From Negaprion brevirostris (taxonomy: Eukaryota), in NCBI GenBank assembly GCA_030324005.1, contig JARDVH010000193.1, forward strand, positions 28,407,574-28,471,573: a stretch of DNA of 64,000 nt, given 5' to 3'. The notes beneath the pieces were generated by a model that saw only the letters and a program-made list of their open reading frames with translations, searched no databases and had not been told where the DNA came from. Positions 51,796-64,000 of the stretch are shown here, one piece after another. Within the stretch, counting starts at the first letter, position 1. Every line of letters begins with the position of its first letter. The position numbers and the translations under genes are program-made.

Positions 51796-52889
51796 GCTAT
51801 GTTACCGTGGGTTTAAAATGACAATTAGCTAGAATCCTCACTCTGAATTGCTATCTGGTAACTTTTGCCTGTGAATCAATGTGGAAATTAGGTGAGAATA
51901 ATTCAGTCATCTTCAGTTCACTCCCTTGTCAAAGAGCAGCTAACCCTCATTTTCGAAGATTACGCATAAAGAAATGAAGAATTGTCATGTGGATCAACTA
52001 TCAAGGACAGCTGGTGCCCACAGGTGCAACAATGTGGGCTTCCAACAGAGAATGGAGGAAAGAACAGAAAATTGACAAATCATTAAGAGTAGCTGGGTGG
52101 ACCAGATAATAATATATTATTGCAAGATAATGCCCTAGCCAACGTTAAGGACCATCTTAAAATGGAGAGCTCTTCTCATTATCATACTCTGTTCGTTAGT
52201 TACTATTTGCAGTTCTCGTTCATACCACTAGGAATTGGCATTAATCTGATCCACACCCTAGCTGTCCAGCTAATTGGGGACCCCCAACTTCCTCTTCCAG
52301 ATTACTGACAACGAATATTAAACACCACCACAAAACTATACATTGGTTGCCTTGGTAATGATTAAATCCACCCATGGGGTAACATGCTCCTGTTTTATTA
52401 ATAAGTGATATTATCTATACCATTATTAATTGTATTAATTTTCTTTATTAGCTGAAGTATCGAATGCAAACCATAACTTATGGTTTCTTTTTTAAATAAT
52501 TAAAGTAACACTTGATTAGCCTATATACATTTATAGAACTACAATCATGCAGGACATTGCTTAGTTAGAGGCTNNNNNNNNNNNNNNNNNNNNNNNNNNN
52601 NNNNNNNNNNNNNNNNNNNNNNNNNNNNNNNNNNNNNNTGAGAAAACAGGAGGAGGAGTAGGCCATTTGGCCACTCAAGCTTGCTTTGCCATTAATTGTG
52701 TCAAAGCTGCTCCTCCAGTTCAACTCTATTTTCCTGCACTATCCACATATTCTATAATGTCTTTCTTATCTCAAAGTCTACCGGCCTCTATCTTGAACCT
52801 ACTCAGTGGCCAGAATTTTTCATTTGGGGGTGAATTAAAGGGCCAATTAAGGCCACTAATAATTAAATAGACAGCAATTTCACAGTCGC

Positions 52890-55086
52890 AGCACTTACTT
52901 CCCATTGATATTGTGGGGGATTACTGAGAAAGGGTGACCAGGGATGGGAACTGTACATTCAGGGGTATTCAGTGTTTAGGAAGGACCAACAAAAAGGAAA
53001 AGTGGTAGGGCAGCTGATTAAAGGGCAAATAAATGCAAGAACATTATCTCCAATGATGTGGAATCTGTATGGATGGAGTTGAGAAACACCAATGGACAAA
53101 ACAATGCTAGTGAGGGTTGTGTATAGACCCCCAAACTGCACTGGGAATGTTGGAGATGGCATTAAACAGGAAATTAGGGACACATGCGATAAAGGAATAT
53201 TTGTAATTATGGATGATTTTAACCTGCGTACAGGTTAGGCAAATGAAGTTAATAGCAACTCCATAGAAAAGGAATTCATGGAGTGTGTACAGGATGGCTT
53301 TCTGGACCAATAGGTTGAGAAACCAACTGAAAAACAGGCCATTCTAGACTGGGTATTGTGTAATGAGAAAGGAATAATTGGCAATCTAGTTGTGCAAGGC
53401 CATTTGGGGATCAGCAACAATAATATGATAGATTTTTTCATCAAGATGGAGAATGGTGTTGTTGATTCTGAGACTAAGTCCTGAATCTAAATAAAGGAAA
53501 CTCCAATGGTATGAGGCATGAGTTGGCTATGATGGATTGGGGGATGTTACTTAAAGGGATGACGATGGATAGGCAATAGAAGACATTCAAAGAATGCATA
53601 GGTGAAATGAAGCAATTGTTCATTCCTGTCTGGTGGAAAAATAAAATGGGAAAGGTGTCCAAACCATGGCTTCCAAAGGAAATTCAAGGTAGTATTAGAT
53701 CCAAGGAAAAGGCATATACATTGGTCAGAAGAAAAACAGCCGGTCTGAGGATTGGAACAGTTTAAAATTCAGCAAAGGAGGACAAAGGGATTGATTAAGA
53801 AGTGAAAATAAAGTACGAGAGTAAGCTTGTGGGGAATATAAAAACTGACTGTAAAATCTTCTATAGGAATGTGATGAGAAAAAGATCAGTGAAGACAGTG
53901 TAGGTCAGAAACAGGGGAATTTATAATTGAAATCAAAGAAATGGCCAACGAACTAAATACAAACTTTGGTTCTTTCTTCACAAAGGAGGACATAAATAAT
54001 GTACCAGGAATATTAGGGAACACAACATTTGGTGAGAGGGAGCAACCAAAGGAAATCAGAATTAGTAGGGAAATGGTATGGGAGAAATTGGTAGGATTGA
54101 AGGCCGTTCGATCGCCAGGGCCTGATAACCAACATGCCAGAGTACCTAAGAAAGTGGCCCTGGAAATAGTGAATGAATTGGTGGTCATCTTCCTAAATTT
54201 TATAGACTCTTGAATAGTTCCTATGGATTAGAGGGTAACTAATGTAACCCAATTATCATAAAAGGGTGGTAGAGAGAATTATAGACCAGTCAGCCTGGTG
54301 TTGCTAGCAGAGAAAATGCTAGTGTCCATTATAAAAGATTTAATAGTATGCACTTAGAAAGCAGTGGCAGGATTGGATAGGCGTTGTACAGATTTAAGAA
54401 AGGAAAATCTTGCTTAACAAATCTATTAGTGTTCTTTGAGGATATAACTAGTAGAGTTGAAGGGGAAGGGGAGCCAGTGGATATAGTTTATTTGGACTTT
54501 GAGAAGGTTTTCAACAATTTCTACATAAGAGATTAGCACGTAAAATTAAAGCACATGGAATTGGAAGTAAGCATTCAGATGCAGCAGGTGGTGAAGAAGG
54601 CAAATAGTATGTTGGCTTTCATGGCGAGAGGATTTGAGTACAAAATAGGGATGTCTTACTGCAATTAGGCAGGGCCTTGGTAAGACCACATTTGGAATAT
54701 TGTGTGCAGTTTTGGTCTCCTAATCTGAGGAAACATGTTCTTGCAATTCAGGGAATGCAGTGAATGTTTATCAGACTGATTCCTAGGATGGTAGATCTGA
54801 CGTATGAGGGGAGATTGAGTCAGTTAGGATTACACTCACTGGGTTTCAGAAGAATGAGGAGGTATCGCATAGGAACCTATAAAATTATAACAGGATTAGA
54901 CAGGGTAGATGCAAGAAGGATGTTCTGGATGGTTAGGGTGTCCAGAAAAGGATCAAAATATACAGGGGGCATGTGGGAACAGCTTATGGAGGTGGATGTT
55001 CATCCAAGATCATAGTGAATGATGGAGCAGGCTTGAAGGGCTGAATGGCCTACTCCTGCTCCTATTTTCTATGTTTCTATGTTTAC
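52890..55086 (+). mobile_element. CR1 LINE ORF2 remnant (EN, RT, 3' end), internally deleted
   Basis: VYRPP, DFNL, AILDWVL, SPGPD, YRPVSL, VYLDFEK, RPHLEYCVQFWSP; tail (tttctatg)n. Confidence 0.93.
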
Positions 55087-55339
55087 ATAGAATGACCAAG
55101 GTGGAGATTGTGGTCTTTTCCCTAGCTTTTTGAGTATATGTGAGTAAATTGTTTAAAGGCCAAGTAAGCACCTAAGCTTCAAAATAATAAGTTGCATACT
55201 ATCAATGAACACAGGACATCGACTTATGCACCATCTTGCTCTCTAAGAGGGTGTATATGTAATATTTATTAGGTATACTTACATTCATTTATATATATTT
55301 TAGAGGAAAGGGCACTTCAAATAAAGTCCCTTTTGTGAC

Positions 55340-56255
55340 AGGTAACATAGAACATAGAACATTACAGCGCAGAACAGGCCCTTCGGCCCACGATGTTGCG
55401 CCGACCAGTTNNNNNNNNNNNNNNNNNNNNNNNNNNNNNNNNNNNNNNNNNNNNNNNNNNNNNNNNNNNNNNNNNNNNNNNNNNNNNNNNNNNNNNNNNN
55501 NNNNNNNNNNAATAAGATCCCCTCTCAGCCTCCTTCTTTCCAGCGAAAACAACCCCAAATCCCTCAGTCTCTCCTCATAGGACCTCCAAGGTAAGTTACG
55601 ATTGTTAAAATAGCATATGGGGTTCTTGGCTTTATTAATAGAGGAATAGAGTATAAAAGCAAAGGGGTTACGATAAACCTTTTATAAAACATTGGTTAGA
55701 CCTCATTGGAGTACATGGCTGGAATTGGAGGAATCGGAGTGAGTGAGGGGGCAAAGCATAGAAAAGCCTGCTGACCTCGGGCAGGATTTTACGGTTTCTG
55801 GACGAGCGAGGCGGTAAAATCCTGTCCCATGTGTTTAATACCAAGGCATTAGTGGTAATGAAGAAGGGATCTATTGGAATGATTCCAGACATGTGGGCTT
55901 TGGTTATGTGGAGAGTTTTGGGAAGCTAAGATTATTCTCCTTAAAGCAGAGAAAGAGGAGAATTGATAGAGATTTGACTAGATTTGATGGAGTAAAATAA
56001 GGGAAAAATTTTTTCAGCGGTAACCAAAGGATAAGATTTAAAGTGAGCGAGAACCAGAGATAAGATGAGGATTTTGTTTTCCACATCTAGTTGTTGTGAT
56101 TGATCTAAAAGGGCAGGGCAGCAGATTCGAGGGCAACATTCAGAAGAAATTTGGACAAATATTTGAAGTTTCAGGAAAAGAGCAGGAGAGGGACACTAAT
56201 TGACAATGTGCCAACACATGCACAATGAGCTGAATGACCTCCTTCTGTGCTTCGT
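55340..56255. mobile_element. CR1 3' fragments (minus 55340-55585, plus 55590-56255) with a MITE at ~55720-55828
   Basis: LFSLERRRLRGDLI; YKTLVRPH; MITE TIR aaaatcctgtccc. Confidence 0.82.
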
Positions 56256-56739
56256 CACTCTGTGATTCTCCGATATTTTAGTCGTAGAATAACGTTCGAC
56301 ATGGTGGGTGTTCCGATAATGGAATAGCCAATGAATTGATGATGAGAAAAGAATGGGAAATCTATTAGTATTTGTACAAAGGTCTTACTTCCATGATACT
56401 TAAGGCACCACACATCACAATTAAAACAAAAAGAATTAAACAAAAAAGCTTTTGCATTGTTCCTTCTGACCTTGGGAAAGTTCTTGGGACTAACAAGCAG
56501 TTGTCAATCCACTAATAATTAGATTCTAATTGAACATTAACGTGTCTAGAAGGAATCAGTCTGTATTTATTTTAGCAGATATCTCTTTACAGACATTCAG
56601 GAAGTAGGCTGCAGCAGTAATATAGCAGTATCACCATCCCCATTAAGGCAATTAAGCCATTAAGCCAATTTTGGCTGCTGGGGATTTTTGAAACCATTTT
56701 TTTTGCAGCTTTAGAGGTTCAGACTGCTGAAGATGCATT

Positions 56740-59700
56740 ACTGACCAGGCTTGCATTGAATAACTCACCTTTTGTCTCCCCAAAGCCTGCCAACCATCTA
56801 CAAGGCATATGTCAGGGGTGTGATGATATAGTCTCCATTTGCCTGAATGAGTGCAGCTCCAACACGCAAGACACCATTCAGGACAAAACAACCCACTTGA
56901 TTGGCATCCCACCCACAAACATTCACTTCCTCCACCACCAACGCAATAGTGTGTACCATCTAGAAGATGTTTTGCAGGAACTCACCAAAGTTCCTTCGAC
57001 ATCACATTCCAAACCCAGGAACCCAGAAGGTGGTGGTGAGTTGTTGTCTTGAATTGCTGCATTCCATGAAGTTAGGTACACCAACAGTGCCGTTAGGAAG
57101 GGAGTTCTAGCATTATGGCCCAGTCACAGTGAAGGAACGCAATATGTAATCCAAGTCAGGATAGTGAGTATTTGGAGGGGAGCTTCTAGGTGGTGATGTT
57201 CCCACATATCAGACAGCAGATATTTTGTATATGGTGAGTTGATAGTGTATCTTGTGTATGGTGGGTTGAAGCAAGTATCTTGTATATGGGTGCACACTGC
57301 TGCCACTGTGTATTGGTGCACTTGCGTGGTGTGAGTGTTCCTTGCCAATTTTCAGCCCAAGCCTGAATGTTGAGGTCTTGACGCATTTAGGCTGCGTCAG
57401 TATCTGGTGAGTTGAATGCCATTGAACACTGTGCAATCAGTCTAACCCTGTGATGAAGGGGAGGTGAAGCTACTGAAGCAAGTTGGGCTTAAGATGCTAA
57501 CTTAAGAAATATCTTGGAACTGAGATGATTGGCCTCCAATTGACTTCATTTTTGCCAGGTCTCCTCGCTTCATTGACAAAGGGTCATCCAGACTCGAAAC
57601 ATTGGCTCTACTCTTTCTCCACAGATATTAGACCTGCTGAGATTTTCCAGCATTTTGTTTCAGATTCCGACATCTGTAGTATTTTGCTTTTACCCTTGAT
57701 GCCATACTCAGTCAAATACTACCATTACATCAAGAGTGATAATGTCATTCTCAGTTCACCTTTTCAGTTCAGCTCTTTTGTCCATGTTTGGATCAAGATT
57801 GTAAAGATGTCAAGAGCCAAATGGCTCTAACAGGATCTTAGCTGAGAATCAGTGCAGAGTTTATTGCTGATTTGCTTTTGGAAGTACCATCAATGACACC
57901 TTCCGTCACTTTGCTGATGATTAAGAGGCTGATAAAGTGGTGACGGGCTGAATTGGATTGGTCCTGCTTTCTGTGGACAGGACATAACTGGGTCATTTTC
58001 CACATTGTCATGTAGCTGCCAATGTTGTAAATACTGGAACAGGTTGACTCAAGATATAGCTAGTTCTGGAGCGCAAATCTTCAGTATTATTGCAGGAATG
58101 GTTTCATGGAGTGAATAGAATTGGCTGAAGACTGATATCTGTGATCCTGGGGATCTCAGGAGGAGGCCAAGGTGATTATCCACTTGGTCCTTCTAGCTGA
58201 AGATGGCTGCAAATACTTTGGCCTTGTCTTTTGCACTGATTTGCTTCGCACCCCATCATTGTGGATATGGAGATCTTCCAGTTAGTTAAGAGTCATCCAG
58301 CATGGAAACAGGCCTTTGGCCCAACTTGTCCATGCCACCTTGTTTTTCCCACTAATGCCTGCATTTGGCTCATATCTCTCTATACCCATCTTAACCATGT
58401 AACTGCCTAAATGCTTTTTAAAAGACAAAATTGTACCTGCCTCTACTACTACTTCTGGCAATTTGTTCCAGACACTTACCTACCCTCGGTGTGAAAAAAT
58501 TGCCCTCTGGACTCTTTTGTATCTCTTCTCTCTCACCTCATTACCTTACATAGTTGTTTAATATTCCACCACCATTTATGACTTGATGAGACAGGGCTTT
58601 GATATGATCAGCTGGCTGTTGGCTTAGTTAGTTTTGTTCATCACATGCTCCTTCTGCTGCTTGACACACAAGTAGACTTGTGTTGTAGCTTCACAAAGTT
58701 GACACCTCACTTCTAGGTATACCTAATGCTGAACTTGGCATTCCCTCCTGCACTCTTCATTGAACCAGAGTTGATTCCTCAGCTTAATAGTAATGGTAGA
58801 GTGGGGTATATACAGATTGTGGTTGAGTACAATTCTGCTGCTGTTGGCCCACAGCGCCACATGGGTGCCCGGTTTTGAGTTGCCAGATCTTTTCTGAAAC
58901 TGTACCATTTAACATGGTATTAGTGCCACACAGAATTATGGAGGATATGCTCTGTGTGAGGACAGGACTTTGTCTCCACAAGGACCTTTTGATGGTCACT
59001 CTTAGCTATTCTGGCATGGACAGAAGCTCGTGCAACAGCTGGATTGGTGAGAACAAAATCTAGTAGGCCTTTCATTCATATTGGTTCCCACATCACCTGC
59101 CACAGGTCCAGTATGGCAGATATGTCCTTCAGGACTTGGTCAGCTCAGTCTGTAGTGGTGCTACAGAGCCACTCTTGGTGATGGACATTCAAGTCCCCCA
59201 CATTCTTTGCATCTGTCACTCGCAGTGTTTCCTCAACTTTGAGGGACACTGATTCATCAGCAGTGGGAGAGATGGGAATCAGTGGGAAGCTTCCTTATCC
59301 ATGTTTGACCTGATGGCAAGAGACTTTATGGAGTCCGGATATGCCAAGCAATGAGATGACAGAGTGTGGTGAAGTAAGAATATAAGAACATAAGAACTAG
59401 AAGCAGGAATAGGCCATCTGGTGCCTCGAGCCTGTTCTGCCATTCAATAAGATCATGGCTGATTATTTTGTGGACTCAGCTCCACTTACCTGCCTGCTCA
59501 CCATAACAATACAACATAATGCTGTTGCAACTATTGACCAAAGCACCTCAAAAATGCCTAAAACTTAACTGCTTGATCTGTTCTGAATCTATTCTATTTT
59601 AGCACGATGGGAAGAGCACATTGAAAAGAATATGCTTATCCTCAGAATAAAGACTTTGACTTTGTCTCCGTAAGGACTGTGAGGCGGTAACTCCTACGAA

Positions 59701-59790
59701 TAGTGTATTGAATTGATGCATCTGTGACAGGTGAACTAGTGAGTATGTTTTCCTTCATTTTGGTTCTCTCAGCACCTGCTGCAGGTCTTT
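56740..59790. mobile_element. Cluster of decayed CR1/L2-group LINE fragments, mostly minus strand
   Basis: DLNIQAWAENWQ, WFNEECRR and AAVC motifs; CR1 tails at 58285-58540 and 59375-59510. Confidence 0.75.
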
Positions 59791-61339
59791 GCAACTATAT
59801 CGACTATTTATGACCAGTTGTTTATACGGAATGGAAATTCGGTTATGCGAGATTGCAAACATTTATTTCAGCTACTGTTATGAATGCATAGTGATGTTTT
59901 CTATGTTCATTTTTGTGCAGTCTTAAGACCCCTTTGGCTCCATCTGCTGTTGCTGAAATGTTCATCTTTCTAAACTTTGTTCTAAGGTAGCTCCTGTTTG
60001 TTTATAATTTGTCCCATTTGATGTCAATCCATCGATGTCTTTTGACAACTGATAACATTGACCTTTATGACCTATCTGCCATAAAAATAGCAAATTGCTC
60101 TGCTATCTCAAGTTGGTTTTGTTGACCTATTTTTAGGAACTTATACAAAATTTAATTTGGACATTAGTTCTGACAGTTCATCCACTTAAGTCAAAGAATC
60201 AACTTTTGGCTGCTGTGTTTCTTGATATAGAGATGCCAGGCACATTCCAATGCATTCTCTTTCTTGCAACATAAATAGGTTTCAATTCTATTGCTCATGT
60301 AACTTCATCCCATTAACAATAGTTTCTGTACAAATCCTCGATACACAGGCAGTATATCTGGATTTGCCCCAAAGCTTAAATCATGGAGAGCAAAGGGCAA
60401 AGCTGCCGACTGCATATTCCGTCAGTTCTTATGGAACTCAATGCTATTTTTGGTACAGTTATGGGTATTGCTTGCATGGTTTCACATCTTGCATCTTAGA
60501 AACCCATGCACAAGATTTCTATGTTAAGTCAGACACAGCAACTGTACATTACTATTCCATCATCTTTCCAGACATATTTTACTTTATTGGATGTGTTCAT
60601 CCGAAACACAGAATGGGCTCGTAGCGAATAGGCAGCTGATTTTACATCCATCAGCTTTTATTTTCCGTTGACTTGGAAACTATTATCAATATTTTTAATT
60701 TCAGATCCAATAAAGGAGACAATGAGGCTCAGAAACAACTCTGCAAAAAGAGCCTGAATGATCATTCTATGAACTTCAATGGAAAATGGTTATCAATGGT
60801 GAGAAATCAGATGTCAACTCATGAGGGGCTTGTTCTACGCTATTGGTCTACACTAATTTCATCCCTCCCCCATCAAATACTTTTCAGATGCAATTTCATC
60901 AAAAGTACCATTTAACATATAAGGACTTCAGTATTCCTCCTTAGACTGAGGGAAGTGGAATGATCTCTTGGATAATATTGGTTTCTGTGTTGGCTTGAGG
61001 AACAAACCTCTTCTGCACTGTTTCTTATGTTGCTAATATTACTAATAATTGTTGCTATTGCTAATAACTACAAACTAATTTCAACAAAACTTCCTTTCTC
61101 CAATCCTATTCTGTCCTCATTTAAGTAACTCTTAATATACACTGTTCTATTGGTTCGAGCAACCTGTGGCATATTACCAAAAATATCTTCACTGTAAGAC
61201 TCTACAATGAGTAATAATGGGCATCATGGGAGTAGTCACAGCTGAGTCCAATTGTATACTTCCCTAATATTTACACTTACATTTTCCAATAGAGGTAATT
61301 GGATAATGATAACCTGTTTTCCCCGCTTTCGCACTGATG

Positions 61340-61558
61340 TTATCTTCTTGGCCCTTTGGCTAAGATCAAGCGTGAGATCAAGCTCAAGATGCAATGCCTT
61401 ATCTTGTCAGCTTAGATCTTGATTCATCTCTCTTGTGGGGATCTTGAATTGGGTTCAATTTGAATTTGGCTTTTGGAGCAATGGATTTGGATTTGCCTAG
61501 CCCATTTTGGGCATTGGCTTTGTAACTTTAAGGATGGAGTGAAAAATTTTAAAAAAAA
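61340..61558 (+). pseudogene. Divergent, A-tailed U2 snRNA-derived retroposon
   Basis: CTTCTTGGCCCTTTGGCTAAGATCAAG matches the U2 5' end (CTTCTCGGCCTTTTGGCTAAGATCAAG); collinear similarity continues (tcttgtcagctta, cttttggagca, ttgcctagccca..gcattg); ends in an A-rich tail. Confidence 0.82.
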
Positions 61559-61959
61559 CTGTCCTTACTAAACTGGATGAAATGGGCTCACTAAGTCTAA
61601 ACCAGAAATTGAATATGGCATTGCATGATTGACCAGATACCACACTCCATGGCCATTGAGTGTGAACTTACAAAACAACCTCTTTAACTTTGTCTCTATT
61701 AATTTTAATTGAGAATGTGACTGGACAGAAAAAACAGAAATGTTTATATTTAAAATATTCTACCAGTGGAAATTCCACACCCAAATACCAGGGTTAGTGC
61801 ATTTTAGGTGTTTTAGTGGCACATATACACAAGTGTAAAAGTAAGCATGAAACAAGTTCTTCCAGGAAATCTCATTCTGGTGTGCTAGTTCCTGTACTAT
61901 TAGAAAAGAAAACTGCACTAACACTGCATTTAGTATGAGAATGCACCCTAGGATGCATT

Positions 61960-62930
61960 TGAGACGTAAGGTACATGATTGGTCTGTTTTGTAAAAAGCA
62001 CCAGTATTGTCTGATTCTGGGCACCACACTCTCAGAAGGAAATCAAAGCTGTGAAGAGGATATAGATGTGATTTACCATAATGGTTCAGGGATGAGGAAT
62101 TACCTTATAGACGGTTACACTGCAGATGCTGGGGTTGTTTTCCTTAGGGAAGAGAACGCCAAAAGGTGATCTGATAGAGGTTTTTAAATCATATAAAAAA
62201 TGTATATAGTGTCATGCTCAGTAAAGGCATGTCATATTCATACTTTACACATGGATTGAGCTCTTATGGGAGCTACTGGAACTATCTACTATTTGTTTAA
62301 AATGGACCGTTAAGATGGCTGCCAAGGGGTCAGGTGTCTCAGAATACCAAGTTTCCAGAAAGTTCTGAACCACGAGTACAGGTCTCCCATGCAATGGACA
62401 TATCCAGATGAATATTACCTGCAGAATTCACACCTGCCATGTTCAAAGCTTGCTCAAAACATGGCAGAATTTTACTTTCCCTCCAAGGCAGGTTCTGAGG
62501 TGGGGGAGGGTGCGTAAAATTAAATGGATGGGAATCCCCCCCACCGGGAACCCACCCACCCAACCCCAGATGTAGTTTTGCTCTTGGGCGAGGCAGGGTC
62601 TCAGTTGGGAAACCTGCCAAGTTACCTACTAAAGTCCTTAAGTGATCACTAATGGCCAAGACAGGGCCTTATCCTGTCCAGTAGCAGGAGAAGGCATAGA
62701 TTTGAGATTTTAACAAATGAACCAGAAGTGACATAAGGAAAAAAATTTCTACAATGAGTAGTTAGGATTTGGAATGCATTATCTATTAGGGTGATAGGTA
62801 CCGATTTAATAATAGTGTTCAGAAGGGGATTGGATAAAAATGGGAGGAGGAAGGAAATTGAACTAAATGGACTAATTTTCAAAATACAAATAGCAGACTC
62901 ACTGGGCTGAATGTCCTTCCTCTGGGCTTC
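61960..62930 (+). mobile_element. Old CR1 3' fragments with a MITE at ~62463-62660
   Basis: Decayed LFSL..R...GDLIEVFKI and RNFF..RVV.IWNAL; MITE TIR ggcagaatttt. Confidence 0.65.
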
Positions 62931-63892
62931 AATGATTATAGCCAATAACAGATGCTTTGTACATTTTACAGTATTTAGGGATTAGCTAAGAAAGATCCCA
63001 CATAAATGCTACATTTTGTGACCTTAATGTTTGATCAATTTGGTCTTAAAACAATCCAACTTACTATTAGGAATTTGATCATTTGTGGTTTACACTCTCC
63101 TTCCTGCATAACACCAGAAAGAAATGACAGCTAACAAACTGTTCTAAAGATTGAATGGTTCTTTTTGCTGCAATAAATATTTTGAACTCAACTTCCAAAC
63201 CTTTTCTTTCCCTGCTAATCCGCGAGGTACTGTTCTGGGAAATAGGCTTCAGTTCACTTAGGCATGTTAGTAACCTGTGACAAATGTCGTGCTCAGTCAA
63301 CTTATTCATTTGTCAGTCATAATTACTGACAATAAATTTTGAATATCATCTTAAAATTGCAAGTATCTCAGTGACACCATTCCAGGATATAACAACCTGA
63401 GCAGAGGGTCTACAGTAAAGGTGAGGACACTGTTAAAACAACGATCTATGACCTATGAGCTATGACCAATGAACCAAAGGTGACATGTGGAACTCAGCGG
63501 ACTGATTTTCGAAAGCCATGGAGCAGACTCACAGCGCTGGATGTCCTCCTTCAGGACATGTAAACTGACAGATGCTCATTAGCACAAGGTGGAGGGTCAA
63601 CGATTAAATTTAGATTTCTTGGAACAGAATAGCTCTTTCCCCTGATTTTGTTTTGGCAAATATGCATAAAGAAAGGATTCTAAAAGAGAGAAATGCACAA
63701 TGTTATCCTACCCTAATAATTATGAATATGTGCAAAAAATCATACACACCCAAATGTTTTCTTTGTAAAAAATCTACATGATTTAACAATGTGCACGTTA
63801 ATATAAATCCTAAAAAAAAGTTAAACCCAATATCATAGGTTTGAATGGATTGGCTAGCAAAGTGTTCTGTTTGTAGTTTTCATTCCACACAC

Positions 63893-64000
63893 TTTGTATC
63901 AAAGGGGATCAAAGGCTAGGGGGGAGGAGGTGTGATCAAGCTATTGAATTGGATGATCAGTCATGATCATAAGGAATGGCAGAACAAACTCAAAGGGTTG
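63893..64000 (+). mobile_element. CR1 3' tail fragment (runs off the window)
   Basis: aaggggatcaaagg...gatcagtcatgatcat..gaatggcagaaca is the typical tail. Confidence 0.7.

Noticed and set aside
61340-61558. Functional U2 snRNA gene, or a U2-targeting Keno/Utopia insertion site
   Set aside because: The branch-point recognition sequence is disrupted and the element is A-tailed; U2 similarity continues past the 5' end with no LINE sequence attached.

Overview
Eukaryotic DNA, almost certainly from a shark (HE1-type V-SINEs, CR1 LINEs, Penelope elements), in a draft assembly with many N gaps. I recognise no host protein-coding gene; the window looks like a gene desert or large intron. It is dominated by decayed transposons: CR1, RTE and Rex1-type LINEs, two tRNA-SINE families, Penelope fragments with minimal hammerhead ribozyme cores, PIF/Harbinger MITEs and a transposase remnant, several Ty3/Gypsy remnants (one element keeps both LTRs and a 5-bp TSD) and a solo LTR. 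AT-rich unique blocks between them may be regulatory. The most interesting items are (1) a full-length, heavily remodelled, A-tailed U2 snRNA derivative at ~61340-61558, a candidate U2-derived SINE; (2) a ~310-bp inverted templated copy of nearby DNA inserted inside a SINE (49621-49934 copied to 51322-51634) that brackets a candidate 62-nt exon or enhancer; and (3) nuclear-receptor half-site arrays and a CpG-retaining island in unique DNA. Most long-repeat boundaries are approximate (read by eye); TSD-defined boundaries are exact.
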